From positions 32,001 through 96,000 of the IMG/VR virus record IMGVR_UViG_3300046328_000506: a stretch of 64,000 nucleotides of DNA. The stretch is one strand, 5' to 3'. The notes under the pieces were generated by a model that did no database searches, had not been told where the DNA came from, and saw only the letters and a list, made by a program, of their open reading frames with translations. Below are positions 58,714 to 64,000 of the stretch, piece after piece. Within the stretch, counting starts at the first letter, position 1. Every line of letters begins with the position of its first letter. This DNA comes from a virus. The position numbers were made by a program, and so were the translations under genes.

Positions 58714-58786
58714 CTTGTATATGACAGATGCCTTTACGTGGCATACAAGATAAGTAATTACGAAAGTAATGAAACTAAATCTGTCA
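58714..58786 (+). ncRNA. HDV-like self-cleaving ribozyme candidate
   Basis: P1 CTTGTAT/ATACAAG, P2 TGACAGAT/ATCTGTCA, P3 GCC/GGC with 7-nt L3 TTTACGT, P4 ATTAC-GAAA-GTAAT, J4/2 ...ACTAA; the helices occur in the nested double-pseudoknot order. Confidence 0.7.
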
Positions 58787-58953
58787 AAATTGGATTATTC
58801 CAATAGAGTTTAAGTCTTAACACGTTGTTTTGTCTTAACTTTGTTGTACTATTCTAATAACAGTTGTGTATGTTTTCTTTAATAGCATACAAAGGTTAAA
58901 TTGTGATATACCTATTAATCTACTCACACAAAAATACCATACCATTTATTTAT

Positions 58954-59433
58954 ATGAAATCATTAACAGAATTATTAGCAGAATTAGCAGCAGCACCAGC
59001 AAACAAAAAAGCAGCAATTCAGTTACAAATTGATGCCAAAAAAGCAAGTAGAACTAATAGCTTAACTGCCTATGCAGAAAAATATGTAACAAGTTCCTTG
59101 TTTTATGGTTCAAAAGAAGAGCAGGCAATTAATATGCAGGTTGTTTTCAATGATGATGATACTGTAAAAACAAAAGAAGTGCAGGCATCAGGCAACAAAA
59201 AAACACAACGTATCATTGCAATTAACATTGATACGGAAAAGGAAATCACTTTGCCGTCGTTATCTGAATTGAAAAAATTTAGCGGTGAATCTGAAAACTT
59301 TTGGAATCATTGCAATTATGGGCAACCGTTTGCTTTAAAGTTTACTACTATCAAAAGTGGTGAAGAGAATCCGTTGACTTCAGAAACCTATACAAGACCC
59401 ACTTTTGCTGTTAGTGAAATTACGTCTATGTAG
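58954..59433 (+). CDS. Hypothetical protein, probably highly expressed
   Basis: ATG at 58954 (MKSLTELLAELAAAPANKK); followed by a terminator. Confidence 0.7.
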   Translation: MKSLTELLAELAAAPANKKAAIQLQIDAKKASRTNSLTAYAEKYVTSSLFYGSKEEQAINMQVVFNDDDTVKTKEVQASGNKKTQRIIAINIDTEKEITLPSLSELKKFSGESENFWNHCNYGQPFALKFTTIKSGEENPLTSETYTRPTFAVSEITSM

Positions 59434-59441
59434 TAAGTCTT

Positions 59442-59486
59442 ATACATACCTTGTATATTTCTATATATAAGGTATGTATTTTTTTT
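59442..59486 (+). terminator. Intrinsic terminator
   Basis: ATACATACCTT / AAGGTATGTAT stem plus T-run. Confidence 0.7.
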
Positions 59487-59519
59487 AATTGATTTTTTCA
59501 CACTTTAATTTTTACTTTT

Positions 59520-59705
59520 ATGAAGTGTACTATTTTATTTTTTGCAGGTATTGACAAAGAAACAAGGGAATATACCAAAGAATCTTATGTTTGTGATTTT
59601 CCTTTAAAATTTGGATTTGGTTCTTTTAACGAGGATAGCATTATTAAAAATATACCTAAAAAGATATTTGTCAAAGATATTATATCTATTGACTTAATAG
59701 ATTAA
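59520..59705 (+). CDS. Small hypothetical protein
   Basis: 61-aa ORF. Confidence 0.5.
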   Translation: MKCTILFFAGIDKETREYTKESYVCDFPLKFGFGSFNEDSIIKNIPKKIFVKDIISIDLID

Positions 59706-59964
59706 TAAAGAATATTGAGAATGTTAGAGTTCTCTATTCTTTTAAAATATAAAATACCTTGACTCAGTCATTTCAAACATTTTTACTATTCAACAGTAAA
59801 ACGTGTAAGAAAATATAACGGTGTCGTCATAGGTGTTTGTGTCTATTTTTAGTCTACTCTAACAAATAATTTAGGCTTGTCTAAACTTTTGTTTTGGTTT
59901 ATCTAATCTTTTTCTTATTAAATACCTTGACACAGGGAAATCTCACATTTAATCATTTAAAAAC

Positions 59965-60171
59965 ATGTTAGTTATATATAGAGGAATACTTTCTTTTGCT
60001 GATTTAAGAGAATTAAGCAAAGAGTCTGACATCTCCAACAGACAATACTTGATAAAAGTAATTGGGGAAACTATGGAAACATTTTTTGTTACCAAAGAAG
60101 ATTACGAATCATTTCGTAGTGGACTCTCTACATCTGATAGAGGTACATATTGGTTTGAGATGGGATATTAG
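59965..60171 (+). CDS. Small hypothetical protein
   Basis: 68-aa ORF with AT-rich leader. Confidence 0.55.
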   Translation: MLVIYRGILSFADLRELSKESDISNRQYLIKVIGETMETFFVTKEDYESFRSGLSTSDRGTYWFEMGY

Positions 60172-60193
60172 TTTAGGTGTTCTTAAAACACCT

Positions 60194-60295
60194 CTGTCGT
60201 TTATATGCACTATGGAGTATCTTACTAACGTAAGATACGTGTATAAACCTGATGAAATAAGTATCTAACGACACTTAGGGGATAACCCGAAACAG
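60194..60295 (+). ncRNA. Type III hammerhead-like ribozyme with insertion
   Basis: Stem III CTGT/ACAG, GTC cleavage triplet, 10-bp stem I, CTGATGA core, GGG-ATAA-CCC stem II, GAAAC; 23-nt insert between A9 and G10.1. Confidence 0.6.
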
Positions 60296-60349
60296 TAACC
60301 ATAAATTTTCTTAATTTTACATTTTCAAATACTAAATAATATAAATATC

Positions 60350-60562
60350 ATGGAAGAAACATTAGTAATAAATGGTATAACTTATGGAGAAGTTGTATCG
60401 GAGTTTACAGCGTTAAGCAAATATACTGGCGAATCAATTTCTGTTGAAGGTGTTGAATTTAATCAGTACGAAAATGGGAAAATTGAAACTCCTATTGGCT
60501 ACGACACTATTGATGGTGAAGATTGCACTATTTGGGGTAGTCGTTATCCTGTATCATTGTAA
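60350..60562 (+). CDS. Small acidic hypothetical protein
   Basis: 70-aa ORF. Confidence 0.6.
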   Translation: MEETLVINGITYGEVVSEFTALSKYTGESISVEGVEFNQYENGKIETPIGYDTIDGEDCTIWGSRYPVSL

Positions 60563-60586
60563 AGGCAAATTTTAACTTAGAAAAAT

Positions 60587-60799
60587 ATGACACAAGAAGT
60601 ATTTATTGACGAACAAGGGAATGTGATTCTTAATAGAGAAACATTTGAACCAAAGCCAAACGAGAAATTTGGCAATCCATATCGTGAAAATGGGGAATTG
60701 CACGTATCTTTTACTTTTGAAGGAGGGCATGATTATCCTATGTTTTATTCTTCAATAGAAGAGCTTAGTGCCATCAAACAATGGTATTGGGAAAGCTAA
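60587..60799 (+). CDS. Small acidic hypothetical protein
   Basis: 70-aa ORF. Confidence 0.6.
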   Translation: MTQEVFIDEQGNVILNRETFEPKPNEKFGNPYRENGELHVSFTFEGGHDYPMFYSSIEELSAIKQWYWES

Positions 60800-60862
60800 A
60801 TAAAACTTAAACTTGCAAATTTATATTAGATTATTCTTCTTTTAGAACTATCTATTGTATAT

Positions 60863-61162
60863 TTGCAAGTTGATTTTAACTTAAAAGACGAACTCGTTAC
60901 GTCATTAAAGAAGCGAGATAAAATGCCATTATTTTCAAGCCAAGTAATTGGCTATTTTAACAATGAGTACGGGAGTGCTTATTGTGATATTTACTGCTCA
61001 GATAATTTGTCAGAGCAACAAATGGAAGAGATTCATCAGAATCATCTTCAAAACGGTGATGTGTATCGCCAATGTACTTTTATGAGTCTTGTAGAGGCTC
61101 GTAAAATGTGGAAAGAAAATCCACAGTACATAGAACTATTTGAATCCTTTTGGGAAAAATAG
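60863..61162 (+). CDS. Hypothetical protein
   Basis: ORF; start uncertain (internal MPLFS possible). Confidence 0.55.
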   Translation: MQVDFNLKDELVTSLKKRDKMPLFSSQVIGYFNNEYGSAYCDIYCSDNLSEQQMEEIHQNHLQNGDVYRQCTFMSLVEARKMWKENPQYIELFESFWEK

Positions 61163-61590
61163 TGTACACTGATAGGGGAAATAAACTCCTTAATCAATAG
61201 TAGAGTTGGGTAATCGCATGATTATTTAAACTATTGAGGATTGAACAACAATTCTATTTTTTGTATGTTTTTAAAAACATAATCCTGTTTGAGCAGGGAT
61301 ACCATAGAGTATCAAAGGTGATTAGGCTCAAATTTCGTCACAGTGCCAGTTGAGAAGGTTCTTAATCAACCTTCTCAAGAAATCGTGTGTCATCACACGG
61401 AAGATTGGGGAAACCCATTAGGAGGAGTGGAACCTTGTGATGAGCAAGGAAACTCTATAACAACTCCATTGATAGATGAAAATCTTCTGTGGATAGTTGT
61501 AGAAGACTAATAATCTTCTAACGTAAGACGACCACGAAACGGTTGAAAGAGTAGTAACTCTCCTGAATAAAAGCAGGGTATAGTAAAAAA

Positions 61591-61790
61591 GATTTCATAG
61601 CTCAATTGGTCAGAGCATTTTAAAATAAACAACAGCTTTTTTTATAAGTGAAGATAGTAACTTATAATTTAAACGTAGTTGTTGAAGTGATTAAAAGATA
61701 ATAAAAGCCCAGCAGAATGGGAAGAAACGAAAACTTTTAATCAGTTGTTTATTTTTAAAAAGGTTTCAGGTTCAAGTCCTGATGATTTCA
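61591..61790 (+). ncRNA. tRNA-like RNA with the anticodon loop replaced by a 133-nt insert
   Basis: D-arm GCTC-AATTGGTCA-GAGC, T-arm TCAGG-TTCAAGT-CCTGA, variable loop AGGTT, acceptor GATTTCA/TGATTTC (two U-U mismatches), anticodon stem TTTTA/TAAAA. Confidence 0.7.
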
Positions 61791-62526
61791 CGAACTCGAA
61801 TATATTGTTAATGGCATCTGGACTCCGAAGTAGGCTATGTTGTGAGACATAGAAAAAAAGGGCTAACAGAAATAATGTTCTAACAATACAACGAAGCATC
61901 TGTGTAGAAGTACAATACATAGGTAATCATAGCTTCCATATAACCGTTTTAAAGTGTGTTGGGTTATAGAATACTAATAGACTATACAATGTCTATTGAA
62001 TATCGGCTCGAAAGAGACCATATAAAGTTTGAAGTAAAAGTTTCGTTGGCTCAAATGAATACTGCTAAGAGTTGAAAACGCAGAGACGAAACAATATTTT
62101 ATTTCAAATGGTGGCAGCAGTCAGAAATGATTGCCTCAATTATATTATTACAACAACCTTATGTTAAGTTAAAAGGTAAAAGACGGTTCAGGTTTAAACC
62201 GATACCTTGTTGTAATAAGATAAAAGAGTAGTAACTGTTAGTAATAACAGACTTCATCAGACGTGATGACTTGGAGAGCAAACTAAGGTTCGTGTATCTC
62301 TTTACGTTGTGCAGACCCGAAAGGGTAATAAACAAATGGTCAATAATAAGGGAAATTTCTCTTTAAAGTAAAATTATGTAAAGTAATATATGTGTTGTTA
62401 TAGCAACAGTGAGTAATCACAAACATATATGAAATCATAAGCTGCTATAACAGAACTTTAAATAGAAAAGGAGTATCGAATACTTCATTGACCGCATTTT
62501 TTTAAATTAATTAAAACTCATATACG

Positions 62527-63114
62527 ATGAAAACTACTCTTTTCGTGGCATTTAGCCACACTCTTACTCAAAGCCAAATTGACGGCTTTCAAAGTCAATT
62601 TTCTACTCAAACTGTTATCAGAGAATTTTCTGATAATGGTGGTATTCCCACTGGTGACGGTGGAGAAGCGTTTACTGAATTTGTTGATTTCAGTATTGTA
62701 AGTCTTGGTGAAGTTGCACCAGAATTACAAGCTCAAATGAGCCAAATTCCTGCAAGAGCTACTTTACAAGAAGTTCAAGAGCTTGCGAAAAGCATTGTAG
62801 CTGAAGCAATCAAAGCTGGTGCAACACATTTTTTCTGTGTTGGTGAACCTACTCTTACAATGTGGGCTAACTTATTGATAGAAAGAAAGATGGTGTCAGC
62901 AAGACTCACTTACTATGTGTCAGAAGATGGTACAGAAGTAGGGTGGGGTAAAACTTCATCTGTTTTTGTAGAGGATAGATACAAAGTCGAACATCCTCAA
63001 ATTACTTGTATTCAATCAACCACTGAACGTCAATCAGTTGAGGAAACTCAACCTGACGGAAGTGTTTTAAAAAAGGCTATCTTCAACCACGTAATGTGGC
63101 GAGAAATGTTTTAG
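62527..63114 (+). CDS. Csx20-like CARF-related protein (candidate cA4 ring nuclease / anti-CRISPR)
   Basis: LFVAFSHTLTQSQ...LQAQMSQIP...VGEPTL...STTERQSVEE.QPDGSV.K..IF.HV.WRE matches my recollection of the Csx20 pattern FSHxLT..Q / WSNIP / QGDF / TTxR.S.E..DG..K.F.HV.FR. Confidence 0.7.
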   Translation: MKTTLFVAFSHTLTQSQIDGFQSQFSTQTVIREFSDNGGIPTGDGGEAFTEFVDFSIVSLGEVAPELQAQMSQIPARATLQEVQELAKSIVAEAIKAGATHFFCVGEPTLTMWANLLIERKMVSARLTYYVSEDGTEVGWGKTSSVFVEDRYKVEHPQITCIQSTTERQSVEETQPDGSVLKKAIFNHVMWREMF

Positions 63115-63195
63115 TTCTTTAAGTTTGTAGGTGTATATCTTTAAAACCTTCACATAATGTTCCAAAGACTATTAGGAAAGACTAATAACAATACC

Positions 63196-63289
63196 TGCTA
63201 TAAAGCCATGTAGGCTCTCAATCTTCAAAAGAGAAGGGAAAGTGGTGAGTAACATCATTAGTAGGGTACGAGTCCCTTATATAGCACAA
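63196..63289 (+). ncRNA. Degenerate tRNA-like element with a CUUCAAA (UCA) loop and long variable arm
   Basis: Acceptor TGCTATA/TATAGCA, D-stem AGCC/GGCT, variable arm AGTGGTG/CATCATT, T-arm AGGG-TACGAGT-CCCT; anticodon stem imperfect. Confidence 0.45.
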
Positions 63290-63465
63290 TTAAACTTATT
63301 TTTAAATATTTACCACAATAGTTTTAATACTGTTGTTTGGTATTTTTTACAACTTATTCCAAATGCAAGGGGTAAGTATGTTTAGTAATTGGGGCTTGTG
63401 GTTACTAATAGCTATGGTAGCTGTTAGGTATATTCGTGCAATTTTACTCATTAAACTATAATACT

Positions 63466-63627
63466 ATGGAAAACTCTTTTGAAGTAGAAATGGATTTCTC
63501 CGATTTAGAATTAGATTGGGAAATAGATGAAGACTTTGATGATTCAGATTTTATGGATTATGAAGAGTCTGATGACGAGTACCAAGAACGCTTAGAAAGG
63601 TCTTGGGCTAAATACGAAAACGATTAA
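63466..63627 (+). CDS. Extremely acidic small protein (DNA-mimic candidate)
   Basis: 53 aa from ATG 63466; 24 Asp/Glu residues. Confidence 0.6.
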   Translation: MENSFEVEMDFSDLELDWEIDEDFDDSDFMDYEESDDEYQERLERSWAKYEND

Positions 63628-63694
63628 AAATAAACTTCCCGTTATCACCAGAAATCAAGTAGGGTGAATAACGGGTTTCCAAAATATTTATGTT

Positions 63695-63856
63695 ATGAAA
63701 TTATCACACATTGAAAATACAATCTTTGGATTAGGTGTGGCTACTTGTTTATTAAGTTGCTACACTATCCCTTTGTTACTACCACAAATATTCTTTTGCT
63801 TGGCTTCATTAACTTTGAGTATTGGAATATTTGAAAACACAACACAAAAAAATTAA
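63695..63856 (+). CDS. Small membrane protein
   Basis: Own translation MKLSHIENTIFGLGVATCLLSCYTIPLLLPQIFFCLASLTLSIGIFENTTQKN. Confidence 0.5.
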   Translation: MKLSHIENTIFGLGVATCLLSCYTIPLLLPQIFFCLASLTLSIGIFENTTQKN

Positions 63857-63891
63857 ATCATTTTACATAACCATTTAACTTTACAAAAATT

Positions 63892-64000
63892 ATGAGAAAA
63901 TTAATTTTGCCTATTCTATTAGGTTTCGTTCTTATTGCAATCTTAGGGATTGTGGGTTCAGTATCGGCTCAGTCAGCATTTGAAGTGGCTGTCTACACTA
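63892..64000 (+). CDS. Partial secreted protein
   Basis: MRKLILPILLGFVLIAILGIVGSVSA|Q signal peptide; runs off the window. Confidence 0.55.
   Translation, partial: MRKLILPILLGFVLIAILGIVGSVSAQSAFEVAVYT

Noticed and set aside
60062-60268. 68-aa ORF overlapping 59965..60171
   Set aside because: TTG start, out of frame with a better ORF, and it runs through the hammerhead structure.
61648-61704. Mini-ORF start resembling the exonuclease III N-terminus (MKIVTYN.N)
   Set aside because: Only about 9 residues match and there is no downstream continuation; likely coincidence.
61779-61795. CTGATGA...GAA as a second hammerhead core
   Set aside because: It is part of the T-stem/acceptor of the tRNA-like element and lacks GAAA and stems I-III.
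61811-61880. Theta ribozyme trailing the tRNA-like RNA (GGCTAA followed by CAGA)
   Set aside because: Only a 4-bp P2 can be drawn; no convincing P1/P3 in the right order.
62040-62092. Twister ribozyme (AATACTGC...GCAGAG resemblance)
   Set aside because: It lacks the P4 stem-loop and conserved pseudoknot residues; kept only as an unassigned pseudoknot.
61200-63300. CRISPR array near the Csx20-like gene
   Set aside because: No regularly spaced direct repeats; only one 14-mer duplicated about 680 bp apart.
1-64000. Genome-wide stop-codon reassignment as seen in some crAss-like phages
   Set aside because: Terminase, portal, MCP, muzzle and RNR are all intact under code 11, and TAG/TGA end genes at operon junctions. 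Only one in-frame TGA was found.

Overview
This AT-rich window is part of a crAss-like (Crassvirales-type) phage genome infecting a Bacteroidota host. The host call rests on multiple TTTG-N20-TAnnTTTG promoters and Q-rule signal peptides. From about 1 to 54,000 a mostly minus-strand late/structural arm carries an amidase endolysin, tail-fibre/LamG proteins, a family of probable internal cargo proteins punctuated by a K-[FYLM]-[QEK]-x-G-G motif, muzzle and ring proteins, major capsid, portal, terminase, a metallophosphoesterase, a PD-(D/E)XK nuclease, ThyX, and NrdA and NrdB, each interrupted by an intein. Two RepL-like paralogues in inverted orientation (10.1 kb and 57.5 kb) each have a similar upstream boxed non-coding region. 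From about 58,400 to the end a plus-strand, early-like region mixes small acidic ORFs with much structured non-coding RNA. That RNA includes an HDV-like ribozyme fold, a variant hammerhead whose inserted loop is complementary to its own cleavage site, a tRNA whose anticodon loop is replaced by a 133-nt structured insert, and a degenerate UCA tRNA-like element. The same region encodes a Csx20-like protein, a candidate anti-type-III-CRISPR ring nuclease. All family assignments come from motif recognition and synteny by eye; no searches were run.
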